DNA of 64,000 nucleotides from Burkholderiales bacterium (GTDB lineage Bacteria > Pseudomonadota > Gammaproteobacteria > Burkholderiales > Burkholderiaceae_C). The stretch is from positions 1,155-65,154 of the forward strand of contig JANNBZ010000184.1 in assembly GCA_031386065.1 (NCBI GenBank), given 5' to 3'. The notes below the pieces were generated by a model that was not told the DNA's origin, ran no database searches, and saw only the letters and a list, made by a program, of their open reading frames with translations. A program made the position numbers and the translations under genes. Within the stretch, counting starts at the first letter, position 1. Every line of letters begins with the position of its first letter. Of the stretch, positions 1 through 11,351 are shown one piece after another.

Positions 1-36
1 GCCGCCAAGGCCAAACCCGTGTTCGAAGGCGACTGA
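1..36 (+). CDS. 3' end of an upstream CDS (...[11 protein letters not shown]), product not assignable
   Basis: Open frame runs into TGA at 34-36, 4 nt before the next ATG. Too short to identify. Confidence 0.3.
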   Translation, partial: AAKAKPVFEGD

Positions 37-40
37 AGCC

Positions 41-1201
<1,161 letters not shown>

Positions 1202-1211
1202 GGTGCAGTGC

Positions 1212-2837
1212 ATGACCGCCCACGTCGACACCTTTGCGCGCGACCAGCTGCCGCCGCCTGATCAATGGCCCGAGTTCGTGTTCGACGGGCCAGGCTTGCA
1301 ATTCCCCGCGCAGCTCAATTGCGCCACCGAGCTGCTGGACCGCCGCGTGGCCGAAGGCGACGCTGATCGGCTGTGCATACAGGGCACTGGCCTCCGCTGG
1401 ACCTATGCAGATTTGCTGAAGCAGGCCAACCGCATCGCCCACGTGCTGGTGCGCGACCTCGGCGTGGTGGCGGGCAACCGCGTGCTGCTGCGCGGTGCCA
1501 ATTCGCCGATGCTCGCGGCCTGCTGGTTCGCGGTGGTCAAGGCCGGCGGCATCGCGGTGGGCAGCATGCCGCTGCTGCGCGCGAAAGAGCTGAAGCAGAT
1601 CATCGACAAAGCGCAGATCAGCCACGCACTGTGCGATGCGCGGCTGGCCGACGAGCTGAACCTGGCCTTACCGAACTGCCCCACGCTGAAGCACACGTTG
1701 CACTTCAACGGCACATCGGCGAGCGACCTCGAAGCGCGCGCCGCAAGCCAACCCACGCAGTTCGACAACGTCGCCACCGCCGCTGACGACACCTGCCTGA
1801 TGGCCTTCACCTCGGGCACCACCGGCACACCGAAAGGCACGCTGCATTTCCACCGCGACGTGATGGCCGCCTGCGCCTGCTGGCCGCTGCACGTGCTGCG
1901 CGCTCACCGCGACGACGTGTTCATCGGCAGCCCGCCGCTGGCCTTCACCTTCGGCCTCGGCGGGCTGCTGCTGTTCCCGCTGTCCATCGGCGCGTCGTGC
2001 GTGCTGCTGGAAAAGACGCCGCCCGATGCGCTGCCGGCTGCCATTGCCCAATACCGCGCCACGGTGTGCGTGACGGCGCCCACGTCGTACCGCGCCATGG
2101 CCGCGAACATGGCGGCGCACGACGTGGGCTCGCTGCGCAAATGCGTCAGCGCCGGCGAAGCCTTGCCGGCTGCCACCCGCCGGTTGTGGAAAGACGCCAC
2201 CGGCATCGAGATGATCGACGGCATCGGTGCCACCGAAATGCTGCACATCTTCATCTCGCACCGCGACGACGATGCGCGTCCCGGCGCCACCGGCAAGCCG
2301 GTGCCTGGCTACACCGCCTGCATCCTCGACGACGACTTGAACCCGCTGCCTGCAGGCAAGGTCGGCCGCCTCGCCGTGAAAGGCCCGACCGGCTGCCGCT
2401 ACCTGGCCGACGAGCGACAGGCGCAGTACGTGCAGGGCGGCTGGAACCTCACCGGCGACGCCTATTTGATGGACGCGGACGGCTGGTTCGTCTACCAGGC
2501 GCGCACCGACGACATGATCATCTCGGGCGGCTACAACATCGCCGGCCCCGAGGTCGAAGGCACGTTGCTGCTGCACCCGGCGGTGGCCGAGTGCGGCGTC
2601 ATCGGCGTGGCCGACGAAGAGCGCGGCCAGATCGTCAAGGCCGTGGTCGTGCTGCGGCCCGGCTTTGCGCCCGGCGACGCGCTGGCGCACGAGCTGCAGG
2701 ACTTCGTCAAGCGCGCCATCGCGCCCTACAAATACCCCCGCGCGATCGAATTTCGCAGCGCCCTGCCGCGCACCGAGACCGGCAAGTTGCAGCGCTTTCG
2801 CCTGCGCACCGAATCCAACCACCAGAGCACGCCATGA
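1212..2837 (+). CDS. AMP-dependent acyl-CoA synthetase/ligase (aryl/benzoate-CoA-ligase-like)
   Basis: AMP-binding signature FTSGTTGTPKG and C-terminal YKYPR...LPRTETGK. ATG at 1212 is preferred over GTG 1203 because GAGG lies 8 nt upstream. Confidence 0.85.
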   Translation: MTAHVDTFARDQLPPPDQWPEFVFDGPGLQFPAQLNCATELLDRRVAEGDADRLCIQGTGLRWTYADLLKQANRIAHVLVRDLGVVAGNRVLLRGANSPMLAACWFAVVKAGGIAVGSMPLLRAKELKQIIDKAQISHALCDARLADELNLALPNCPTLKHTLHFNGTSASDLEARAASQPTQFDNVATAADDTCLMAFTSGTTGTPKGTLHFHRDVMAACACWPLHVLRAHRDDVFIGSPPLAFTFGLGGLLLFPLSIGASCVLLEKTPPDALPAAIAQYRATVCVTAPTSYRAMAANMAAHDVGSLRKCVSAGEALPAATRRLWKDATGIEMIDGIGATEMLHIFISHRDDDARPGATGKPVPGYTACILDDDLNPLPAGKVGRLAVKGPTGCRYLADERQAQYVQGGWNLTGDAYLMDADGWFVYQARTDDMIISGGYNIAGPEVEGTLLLHPAVAECGVIGVADEERGQIVKAVVVLRPGFAPGDALAHELQDFVKRAIAPYKYPRAIEFRSALPRTETGKLQRFRLRTESNHQSTP

Positions 2838-3226
2838 AAATTCTGCAACCGCCCGGCTGGGCCGCACCGCGCGGCTACGTGAACGGTGTGGCCGCCAGCG
2901 GCACGCATGTTTTCGTGGCTGGCCAGATCGGCTGGAACGCGCAGTGCCAGTTCGAGACCTATGACCTGGTCGGCCAGGTGCGCCAAGCCTTGCTCAACAT
3001 CAACGCCGTGCTGGCCGAGGCCGGCGCCGGGCCGGAGCACATCACCCGCATGACCTGGTACCTGATCGACAAACGCGACTACCTGGCACGCGGCCGCGAG
3101 ATCGGCAAGGTGTTCCGCGAACTGGTGGGCGTGTACCACGCCGCGATGAGCGCGGTGCAAGTCAGCGCGCTGATGGAAGACCGCGCGCTGGTGGAGATCG
3201 AGGTGACGGCGGTGGTGCCGGGGTAG
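2834..3226 (+). CDS. RidA/YjgF family protein
   Basis: 130 aa, [19 protein letters not shown]...VFVAGQIG...[13 protein letters not shown] overlap with the ligase stop. Confidence 0.85.
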   Translation: MKILQPPGWAAPRGYVNGVAASGTHVFVAGQIGWNAQCQFETYDLVGQVRQALLNINAVLAEAGAGPEHITRMTWYLIDKRDYLARGREIGKVFRELVGVYHAAMSAVQVSALMEDRALVEIEVTAVVPG

Positions 3227-3414
3227 TGCCGGGGAGTGCCCGGGAGTGCCGGAATAGCGTCGGGGTCGTGCGGGATAGTGCCAGCGCGGCACGGCGCCTG
3301 AAACAGGGCGGCTCGGAGCGGTTTTCCGGTCAAGTCCTGCGCCCACCTGCCGAATACCCACGAGTGACTGCAAGTTTCAACGGACTCCGTCCGACTTTCG
3401 ACCGGACAACCAAG

Positions 3415-5511
3415 ATGCCCATTCTTCACCGCCTGAGCCTGGCTCAGAAATTCAACTTGCTCGGTGCCATTGCCTTGATGCTGGCGGGATTGCCCGCGTG
3501 GATGTACCTCAAGCAGTCGACTGCCGAGATCGACACCGCCGTGCTCGAAGCCAAGGGCACGGCGCCGGTGAGGGCGCTGCTGAGCGTGGCTCGTCTGACC
3601 CAGCAGCACCGCGGGCTGACCGCCGGCATGCTGGGCGGCAACGAGGCGATGGGGGCGAAGCGACTTGAGACGCGCGACGCGGTGCTGAAGTCCATCGTGG
3701 CCGTGGACGCCAGCCTGAAGGAGGCCGACGCGCCCGCTGCGATCATGGCCAGCTGGGCCGAGCGCAAGCAACGCTGGGCGGGGCTCGAGCAGGCGGTGGC
3801 GTCGCAGCAGATCAAAGGGACTGAAAGCATGGCGCGGCACACGCAGTTGATCGCCGACCTGCTGGCCCTCAACGACGACTTGCTGGACGCGTACGCACTG
3901 TCGCTCGACCCCCAGGTCGACAGCTATTCGATGATCATCGCGTCGTCCGTGAGCGCGCCTGCGCTGGCCGAACGCCTGGGCCAACTGCGGGGCCTGGGCA
4001 CGGCGGTGCTGGTGGCTGGCAGCTTGCCGGCCGACATGCGGGCCAGGTTGACGGCGGTGCACACGCGTGCCGTTGAACTGACCGGCGAAATGATGCGCAG
4101 CCTTGCCAAGGCCAGCGCGGCCAACGGCAATTTGAAGGAAGCGCTGGGCAGCAAGGCAGAGATGCTGAACACGAAGATCGGCAAGACACTGGCGGCGGCG
4201 GACCAGAACCTGCTCAGGGCCGGAGAGCTGAAGTGGCCTGCGGCGGACTATTTCCAGGAGTTCACCGACACCATCGACGCGGTGTATGAATTCAACGCTG
4301 TCTCGCTCGACAAGCTCGGTGTGTTGTTGAACACGCGCGTGCACGACTTGCGGCGTGTGCAGTTCATCGTGGCGGGGGCGATGCTGATGCTGCTGACCGC
4401 AGGCGCGTTGCTGACGCTGGCGGTTGCTCGCAGCGTTCTGCTGCCGGTGCATCAAGCCCTGCGCGTGGCGCGCTCGGTGGCCGATGGCGACCTGAGCGTT
4501 GACGTTCCCTTGCGCGGCAGCAACGAGATCGGCCGGTTGATGCGGGCACTGGCGTCGATGAAGGACAGCCTGGCCCAGGTGGTGGGTGGCGTGCGTGTCA
4601 CGGCTGAAGGCGTGGCCACCGCCAGCGCGCAGATCGCCCAAGGCAACAACGATCTCAGCCAGCGCACCGAAGAACAAGCCTCGGCGCTCGAAGAAACCGC
4701 CGCGGCCATGGAGCAACTCAGCGCCACCGTCAAACAGAACGCCGACAACGCTAGGCAGGCCAACCAGCTCGCGCTCAGCGCCTCGGCCGTGGCCGTCCAG
4801 GGCGGCGACGTGGTCGGCCAGGTGGTCAGCACCATGAAGGGCATCAACGACAGCTCCAAGAAAATCGCCGACATCATCAGTGTGATCGACAGCATCGCCT
4901 TCCAGACCAACATCCTTGCGCTCAACGCCGCCGTGGAAGCCGCGCGCGCCGGCGAACAAGGTCGGGGCTTTGCCGTCGTGGCCAGCGAAGTACGCAGCCT
5001 CGCCGGGCGCAGTGCCGATGCGGCCAAGGAGATCAAGAACCTCATCAGCGCCAGCGTCGAACGCGTCGCGCAGGGCACGGCGCTGGTCGACCGGGCCGGC
5101 GCGACGATGACCGACGTGGTGTCGTCGATCAAGCGCGTCACCGACATCATGGGCGAGATCAGCGCCGCATCCACCGAGCAGAGCGCCGGGGTCTCACAGA
5201 TCGGCGAAGCCATCAGCCAGATGGACCGGGTGACGCAGCAGAACGCGGCGCTGGTCGAACAAAGCGCAGCCGCAGCCGAGAGCCTGACGCAGCAGGCCCG
5301 GCAACTGGTGCAGGCGGTGGCGGTGTTCAAACTGACGGCGGGCGAGCCGCGCAGTGCAGGCCTTCAGGCCGCCGCGCCGGCCGCCGTCGAGCGGCGCAGC
5401 CCGGCCCGCGCGAAGAACGTCACACGGCCCCGCTTCGGTGGGCAGGCCACGCTGATTGACGAGACCGCACCGCGCAAGACCGGCACCGACGGCGACTGGA
5501 CGAGCTTCTGA
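3415..5511 (+). CDS. methyl-accepting chemotaxis protein with NIT-like periplasmic sensor domain
   Basis: N-terminal TM, about 300-aa helical periplasmic region ([16 protein letters not shown] is NIT-like), second TM, HAMP, then a conserved MCP signalling domain ([29 protein letters not shown]). Start moved to MPILHRL at 3415. Confidence 0.85.
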   Translation: MPILHRLSLAQKFNLLGAIALMLAGLPAWMYLKQSTAEIDTAVLEAKGTAPVRALLSVARLTQQHRGLTAGMLGGNEAMGAKRLETRDAVLKSIVAVDASLKEADAPAAIMASWAERKQRWAGLEQAVASQQIKGTESMARHTQLIADLLALNDDLLDAYALSLDPQVDSYSMIIASSVSAPALAERLGQLRGLGTAVLVAGSLPADMRARLTAVHTRAVELTGEMMRSLAKASAANGNLKEALGSKAEMLNTKIGKTLAAADQNLLRAGELKWPAADYFQEFTDTIDAVYEFNAVSLDKLGVLLNTRVHDLRRVQFIVAGAMLMLLTAGALLTLAVARSVLLPVHQALRVARSVADGDLSVDVPLRGSNEIGRLMRALASMKDSLAQVVGGVRVTAEGVATASAQIAQGNNDLSQRTEEQASALEETAAAMEQLSATVKQNADNARQANQLALSASAVAVQGGDVVGQVVSTMKGINDSSKKIADIISVIDSIAFQTNILALNAAVEAARAGEQGRGFAVVASEVRSLAGRSADAAKEIKNLISASVERVAQGTALVDRAGATMTDVVSSIKRVTDIMGEISAASTEQSAGVSQIGEAISQMDRVTQQNAALVEQSAAAAESLTQQARQLVQAVAVFKLTAGEPRSAGLQAAAPAAVERRSPARAKNVTRPRFGGQATLIDETAPRKTGTDGDWTSF

Positions 5512-5513
5512 TA

Positions 5514-8342
5514 TCAGGACGCCGCTGTCTGGGCGCGGCTGTCCAGCACCTGACGCACCCTGCGCGCCAACGCGTCGCGGGCGTAGGGCTTGGCCAGCAG
5601 TTCGACACCCGCGTCGAGTCGACCGTCGTGAACTATTGCGCTCTCTGAATACCCCGAGGTGAACAGCACCGCAACCTTCGGCAATGCCAGCCGCACCCGC
5701 GCTGCCAGTTCGGGGCTGCGCAGCGGGCCGGGCATCACCACATCGGTGAACAGCAGGTCGATGCGCGCGCCGCTTTCCACCATGCCCAGTGCGCTGGCCG
5801 CGTCGGGCGCCACCAGCACGCGGTAACCCAGTTCGCGAAGCATCTCGACCACGGTGCCGCGAACGCCCTCGTCGTCCTCGGCGACCAGGATCGTCTCGTT
5901 ACCGCCTTCAACCGGCCCGGCCGCAGCCGGCACCGTCGCAGCCTCGCTGCCCAGCGTGCGCGGCAGGTACAGCGTGATCGTGGTGCCGCGGCCGACCTCG
6001 CTGCGAATGGCCACGTGGCCGCCCGACTGTTTCACGAAACCGTAGACCATCGACAGGCCCAGCCCGGTGCCGCTGCCCACCGCCTTGGTCGAGAAAAACG
6101 GCTCGAAGGCCTGCGCCTGCACCTCGGCCGACATGCCGCAGCCGGTGTCGCTGACGGCCAGCAACACGTAGTCGCCCGGCGGCACCTCGGCGTGTTCGGC
6201 GGCGTTGGCCGATGCGACGCTGGCGTTGCTGACGGCGATGCTCAGTCGGCCGCCCGCGCCCATTGCATCGCGCGCGTTGAGGGCCAGGTTCAGCACCGCG
6301 TTCTCTATCTGCGCCGGGTCGACGAAGGTGTTCCACGGCGGGTGCGCAGCGCGGGTCTCGATCTGCACCGCCTCGCCCAGCGTGCGGTGCAGCATGTCGT
6401 CCAGCCCCGTCACCAGGCGGCCCAGGTCGACGACCTTCGGGTCGAGTGCCTGGCGGCGGCTGAAGGCCAGCAACTGCCCGGCCAGCTTGGCGCCGCGCTG
6501 CACGGCTGCCAGCGCCTTGGCCACGCGCTCGTCGATCTGCGAATGACCGTTGGCGAAGCGACCGATCAGGTGCAGGTTGCCTGCGATGACCTGCAGCAGG
6601 TTGTTGAAGTCGTGCGCCACACCACCGGTGAGCTGGCCGATGGCTTCCATTTTTTGCGACTGGCGCAACTGCGCTTCTGCGGCGCGGCGCTCGGTGATGT
6701 CCATCGCTTCGGGCACGATGGCGATGACCGCGCCGGCGCTGTCGAACACCGGGCGCATCGAGAAGTCGAAGTCACGCCGGCCGATCAGCAGGTTCAGCGA
6801 CACCTCCTGGCGCACCGTCTGCCCTGCGGCCGCCAGCGGAACCGCCGCTCGCACCAGCTCGGGCAATCCCGGCGTGTCAGTGAACCAGGGGGTGTCCCAG
6901 ATCGGCCAGCCGACGACTTCTTCGAGCTGAGCGCCGATGCTGGCGAGCGACGTGCGGTTCACGTCCAGCAACAGACCCTGCGGCGTCAGAAAGCCCTGGT
7001 AGGTGTAGCTGGTCTGGAAGATGGACCGCACGCGCGCTTCCGAGCGTTCCAGCGCGTCGATGCGCTCTTTCGCGGCCGTGACATCGCGGCCGACTGCCAC
7101 CATCAGTCCATTCCCCACCGCAGCCGACCAACTGATCCACACGTGGTGGCCCGCTCTGTGGCGGTATCTGTTTTCGAAGTACCAGAGCGGCTTGCCTTGC
7201 AGGACCGTTTGCGCTGCGCGATGGGTGCCCTCCAGATCGTCGGGGTGCACGAACTCGAACAAGGGGCGGCCGATCAACTCGGCCTCGCTCCAGCCCAGCG
7301 TGGCCGGCCAGGCCGGATTGATGGACATCATCACGCCGTCGAGGCCGGCCACCAGCATCAGGTCGGTCGACAACTGCCAGAGCCGGTTGCGGTCGGCGGT
7401 GCGCTCGCTCACCTGGTGCTCCAGCGTCTCGTTCAGCTTTGTCAGCGCCAGCGCGGCCCGGTGCGCCTCGGTGACGTCGAAACCGTGCGCTGCAATGCCG
7501 CTGACCTGTCCGTCGGGCTCGACCACGGCTTGATAGATGAAGTCGATGTAGGCCTTCTCGGGCGGGCGCTCGGGATCGCGTTGCAGCACGATCGACATGC
7601 CCCGGCCGACGAAGGGCTGACCGGTGGCGTACACCTGATCGAGAAGGTCGATGAAGCCTTGCCCTGCCACTTCGGGCAACGCGTCGACAACGCGGCTGCC
7701 GACCAATTGCCTGCGGCCGGTGAGGCGCTTGTAGGCCTCGTTGGCAAACTCGAACACATGCTCCGGCCCGCGCGCCACCGCAAAGAAGCCGGGCGCCTGC
7801 TCGAAAAACTGCGCCAGCTGCGACGCGACTCGCTGGCTGTGCGACAGCAGGCTCGCATCGCGGCGTTCCCGCGCGACCCGTTCGGTGGCCGGCGTCACTG
7901 TCACCAGCACGCCGCCGACGGAGCCGTCGTCGACCCGCATCGGCGCGTAGGCCACGGAAAAATAGTGGGCCTGCGAGGCGCCATCGACGTTCAGCACGTA
8001 CGACTGGTCTTCGAGCAGGGTGGCTTCGCCGGCCTGCATCGCGCGGCGGTAGATCGGCTGGTTGAAGTCCCACACTTCGGGCCAGCAGTCGCGGGTGGGC
8101 TGTCCCAGGGCCGCCGGGTCGCGCGTTTTAAGAATCTCGCGATAGGCGTCGTTGTAGATCTGCAGCAGGTCGGGCCCCCACAGAACGATCTGCGCCAGCG
8201 GGCAGTCGAGTGCCGCGCTGACGGCGCAGCGCAGCTCGGGCGGCCACAGCGTGCAGGCGCCAAGCGGCGTGGCACCCCAGTCCTTGTCGCGAATGGCCTG
8301 TGCCGCACGCGTGGTGTGGGTGGGCCAGGCGCGCGCGGTCAC
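5514..8342 (-). CDS. hybrid sensor histidine kinase/response regulator with multiple PAS domains
   Basis: Several PAS-like blocks, HisKA (GGVAHDFNNLL), HATPase (GTGLGLSMVYGFV), C-terminal REC (ILVAEDDEGVR...DVVMPG). In-frame GTG at 8342 overlaps the upstream TGA as GTGA. The longer ORF N-terminus is out-of-frame overlap with the REC gene. Confidence 0.8.
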   Translation of the reverse strand: MTARAWPTHTTRAAQAIRDKDWGATPLGACTLWPPELRCAVSAALDCPLAQIVLWGPDLLQIYNDAYREILKTRDPAALGQPTRDCWPEVWDFNQPIYRRAMQAGEATLLEDQSYVLNVDGASQAHYFSVAYAPMRVDDGSVGGVLVTVTPATERVARERRDASLLSHSQRVASQLAQFFEQAPGFFAVARGPEHVFEFANEAYKRLTGRRQLVGSRVVDALPEVAGQGFIDLLDQVYATGQPFVGRGMSIVLQRDPERPPEKAYIDFIYQAVVEPDGQVSGIAAHGFDVTEAHRAALALTKLNETLEHQVSERTADRNRLWQLSTDLMLVAGLDGVMMSINPAWPATLGWSEAELIGRPLFEFVHPDDLEGTHRAAQTVLQGKPLWYFENRYRHRAGHHVWISWSAAVGNGLMVAVGRDVTAAKERIDALERSEARVRSIFQTSYTYQGFLTPQGLLLDVNRTSLASIGAQLEEVVGWPIWDTPWFTDTPGLPELVRAAVPLAAAGQTVRQEVSLNLLIGRRDFDFSMRPVFDSAGAVIAIVPEAMDITERRAAEAQLRQSQKMEAIGQLTGGVAHDFNNLLQVIAGNLHLIGRFANGHSQIDERVAKALAAVQRGAKLAGQLLAFSRRQALDPKVVDLGRLVTGLDDMLHRTLGEAVQIETRAAHPPWNTFVDPAQIENAVLNLALNARDAMGAGGRLSIAVSNASVASANAAEHAEVPPGDYVLLAVSDTGCGMSAEVQAQAFEPFFSTKAVGSGTGLGLSMVYGFVKQSGGHVAIRSEVGRGTTITLYLPRTLGSEAATVPAAAGPVEGGNETILVAEDDEGVRGTVVEMLRELGYRVLVAPDAASALGMVESGARIDLLFTDVVMPGPLRSPELAARVRLALPKVAVLFTSGYSESAIVHDGRLDAGVELLAKPYARDALARRVRQVLDSRAQTAAS

Positions 8343-8764
8343 GGCGCGGGCCTTCGCAGCAGCTCGTCGGGTGGATTTTTCGGCGGGACGCCGGCCGTGA
8401 TCCAGGCCGACAGCACGGCCGGGTCGACCGGCTTCAACACATGCGAATCGAAGCCGGCCGCTTGCGCATGCGCCCAGTCGACGCCGCCACCGGTCAATGC
8501 GACCAGCCGTGCCTGCCGACCCCAGTCCTGCTGGCGAATGCGCCGCGCCACTTCGTAGCCATTGAGCCCCGGCATGCCGATGTCGAGCAACAACACCGGT
8601 GGCTGCTCGCGCGTGGCTTGCTCGATGGCGGACAGTCCGTCGTACGCCACGATCACTCGGTGGCCGTCGAGCTGAAGGCACAGCGCCAGCGTGTCGGCCG
8701 CGTCCCGGTTGTCGTCGGCGATCAGCACGCCGGCTCGCGGCTGTGCAGGCGGGGCGCGGTTCAC
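8339..8764 (-). CDS. single-domain (CheY-like) response regulator
   Basis: 141 aa from GTG 8764: VLIADDNRDAADTL...LLLDIGMPGLNGYEV...LKP. GTGA overlap with the upstream kinase stop. Confidence 0.8.
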   Translation of the reverse strand: MNRAPPAQPRAGVLIADDNRDAADTLALCLQLDGHRVIVAYDGLSAIEQATREQPPVLLLDIGMPGLNGYEVARRIRQQDWGRQARLVALTGGGVDWAHAQAAGFDSHVLKPVDPAVLSAWITAGVPPKNPPDELLRRPAP

Positions 8765-10650
8765 GCGTCCGCCCCGTTCACCGCGCCGCCGTCGGGCGGG
8801 CGACCCGGCTGGCGCAGCGGCTTGACGTAGAACGCATCGAAACCGGAGTCGAGCGCGCGGTCGCGGTCTTCGACCCGGCCGTGGCCGGTCAGGGCGACGA
8901 TGCGGGTCGGATGCCCGGCCAGGCTGTCGCGCAGGCTCTGCACCAGCTCGTAGCCGTCGACATCGGGCAGGCCGATGTCGCACACCACCAGGTCGGGCGC
9001 GAAGCTGGCCGCGATTCGCAGACCGTCGGCCGCGTTGCCGGCGGTCATCACCTCGTTGCCCGCCATCTCGATCAGCACACGCAGGCTGTCGCGCGCGTCG
9101 TCGTTGTCTTCGATGATCAGCACACGGCGGCCGGACACGCTTGAAAGGTCGGTGTCCGCAGCCTCGGCCGCCGCACCGGCGTCCGTGCCGGCAAGCAAGG
9201 GCAGCCGCAGCGTGGCCTGGCTGCCTCGGTTCACGCCGGCGCTGGCGATGTCCACGCTGCCGCCGTGCAGTTCGACCACGCGCCTGGCGATGGTCAGCCC
9301 GACGCCCAGGCCGCCCTGCTCGTGCCCGCCCGACGCGTCGCCCTGCACGAACAGGCCGAACACCTGCGGCAGCAACTCGGGCGCGATGCCGCGGCCGGCG
9401 TCGCGCACGTCGATCACCGCGCTGTCGCCGTCGAGCCGGCACGCCACCAGAATGCTGCTGCCGTCGGGTGAAAACTTGGCCGCGTTGCGCAGCAGGGCCG
9501 CCAGCGCCTGCGACAGGCGCTGCGCGTCGCCGTGGCAGCGCAGGCGGGTCGGATGGCGCGCGATGCGCACGAACTGGCCACGCTGTTCGGTCTCGCCCGC
9601 CACCTCGCCCACCGCGCTGTCGATCAGGTCGTCGATGTCCACGCTCTCGCGCTGCAAAACGATCTTGCCTTGGGTGATGCGGGTCACGTCGACCAGGTCG
9701 GTGATCAGGCGGCGCAGGTGGTCGACCTGGCGTTCGACGATCTCGCGCACCATGACCAGCCTGTCGTCGCCGCCTTCGAGCCGGCGCAGGATGGCGGCCG
9801 CGTTGGCGATGGGCGCCAGCGGGTTGCGCAATTCATGCGACAGCCGGGCCAGGAAGTCTTCGCGGCGGTGGCTGGCAAGGCGCAACGCGCGCGTGTGCGC
9901 CGCGAGCTGGTCTTCGAGCAGCTTGCGGTCGGTGATGTCCAGGCAACTGCCAACGTAGCCCAGGAACGCACCGTCGGCACCGAGGCGCGGCATGCCGGTG
10001 TCCATCACCCAGCGGAACGCGCCGTCGTGGCGCTGCAGCCGGTAGTCCATCGTGAACGCCTCGCGCTCCTGAAGGCTGTTGGCGATGATGCCGGCGCAGC
10101 GCTCGGTGTCTTCGGCGTGCACGCCCTGCATCCAGCCACCGCCGAGTTCCTGGCCCAGGCTGCGACCGCGAAACCCCAGCCACGACTTGTTGAACCAGTC
10201 GCGCGACAGGTCTTCGTCGGCCATCCACAGCAACACGGCCGCCGAGTCCGACGACGCCTTGGATCGGCTTTCGGCCTCTTGCGCCGCACGCGTGGCCTGC
10301 ACCGAGGCGGTCACATCGCGCAGCACCAGAAAGCAGTGCGCGGCCTCAGCTGTCGAGTGACCGGCGGGGAACAGGGTGGCGTCGACATGGTGCGAAGAGC
10401 CGCTGAGAGAACGCGCCCGCAGCCGGCGGGTCCAGCCGGGGTTGCGATGCTGCGGCTCCGCCGCAGGCGCGTGCCAGGCCAGGCCGGTCAGCTGGGCGAA
10501 CGACGGGTAGCGGCCGTCCACCGCCAACCAGGCCGCCGCGCAGTTCCCGCGCACCACCTCGCCTGCAGGGTCCAGCACCAGCACCGCGTTCGGGTGGTTG
10601 TCGAAAAACGCATGCGCGAGCGAGTCGCTCGACAGATTTGAAGTGGGCAT
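8761..10650 (-). CDS. hybrid sensor histidine kinase/response regulator (PAS-PAS-HisKA-HATPase-REC)
   Basis: HisKA H-box LSHELRNPLAPI, HATPase GGLGVGLTIARRVVELHGG, REC VLIIEDNDDARDSL...CDIGLPDVDGYEL. Start set at ATG 10650 (MPTSNLSS) to avoid overlap with the upstream CMD gene. Confidence 0.8.
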   Translation of the reverse strand: MPTSNLSSDSLAHAFFDNHPNAVLVLDPAGEVVRGNCAAAWLAVDGRYPSFAQLTGLAWHAPAAEPQHRNPGWTRRLRARSLSGSSHHVDATLFPAGHSTAEAAHCFLVLRDVTASVQATRAAQEAESRSKASSDSAAVLLWMADEDLSRDWFNKSWLGFRGRSLGQELGGGWMQGVHAEDTERCAGIIANSLQEREAFTMDYRLQRHDGAFRWVMDTGMPRLGADGAFLGYVGSCLDITDRKLLEDQLAAHTRALRLASHRREDFLARLSHELRNPLAPIANAAAILRRLEGGDDRLVMVREIVERQVDHLRRLITDLVDVTRITQGKIVLQRESVDIDDLIDSAVGEVAGETEQRGQFVRIARHPTRLRCHGDAQRLSQALAALLRNAAKFSPDGSSILVACRLDGDSAVIDVRDAGRGIAPELLPQVFGLFVQGDASGGHEQGGLGVGLTIARRVVELHGGSVDIASAGVNRGSQATLRLPLLAGTDAGAAAEAADTDLSSVSGRRVLIIEDNDDARDSLRVLIEMAGNEVMTAGNAADGLRIAASFAPDLVVCDIGLPDVDGYELVQSLRDSLAGHPTRIVALTGHGRVEDRDRALDSGFDAFYVKPLRQPGRPPDGGAVNGADA

Positions 10651-10787
10651 CGACCGCGACCAGTCTCGGAACAGGGGTTGGCCCGCGCTATCGGCGTGCC
10701 TCAGAAGCCAGTGTGAGCGGTCGCCACGGATGGCCGGCCAGACAGCGCCCCATCCCAACGTAGGCGAAGACCCCGCGCAGCGAACCG

Positions 10788-11315
10788 TCAGCTGGCCTCG
10801 ACCTCGATCTGCAGCGCTTCCAGAAAGCGCGACACCATGTTGTAAGCCGCCACCGTGGCGGTCAGCTCGACCACCTCGCGGTCGCTGAAGTGACGCCGCA
10901 GCGCGTCGAACACCGGCTGCGCCACCTGCACCTGCAGCGTCATCGCCTGCGCATAGGCCAGCACGTCGCGTTCGCGATCGCTGAAGGCGCTCGACGCGTG
11001 CCAATCGGCCAACGCATCGAGCTGGCCTTGCGACACGCCTTCAGCCAAGGCCACTGGCGCATGCTGCGCAAATTCGTACGGCGCGCGGTTCAGCAGCGCC
11101 ACCAGCAGGATCACCAGTTCGCGCAGTGCGCCATCAAGCACGCCGCCGGTGCGGATGGCACCGAGGTAAGCATTCCAGCCGCGCGCGATGGGTGCGCTGT
11201 GCAGCAGCTGCCGGTCCAGGTTCAGCAGCGTGCCGCCGCGCCGCGCCTGCACGGCATGCACCAGTTCCACATCCACACCTGCGGTGTGCGCGTCGACGAA
11301 GGGAAGGCGGGCCAT
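10788..11315 (-). CDS. carboxymuconolactone decarboxylase (AhpD-like) family protein
   Basis: 175 aa. Resembles the CMD/AhpD-like helical family (RELVILLVALLNRAPYEFAQH). Confidence 0.75.
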   Translation of the reverse strand: MARLPFVDAHTAGVDVELVHAVQARRGGTLLNLDRQLLHSAPIARGWNAYLGAIRTGGVLDGALRELVILLVALLNRAPYEFAQHAPVALAEGVSQGQLDALADWHASSAFSDRERDVLAYAQAMTLQVQVAQPVFDALRRHFSDREVVELTATVAAYNMVSRFLEALQIEVEAS

Positions 11316-11351
11316 GGGAATTCCTTGATGGTGGGTGGGGTCGACGGCAGT

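Noticed and set aside
3079-4959. 626-aa ORF on the minus strand
   Set aside because: It is antisense to the chemoreceptor gene, and the plus-strand frame carries the highly conserved MCP signalling domain.
6015-8558. 847-aa ORF on the plus strand
   Set aside because: It is antisense to the multi-PAS hybrid kinase. There are no recognisable domains, and the kinase frame carries clear H-box, HATPase and REC motifs.
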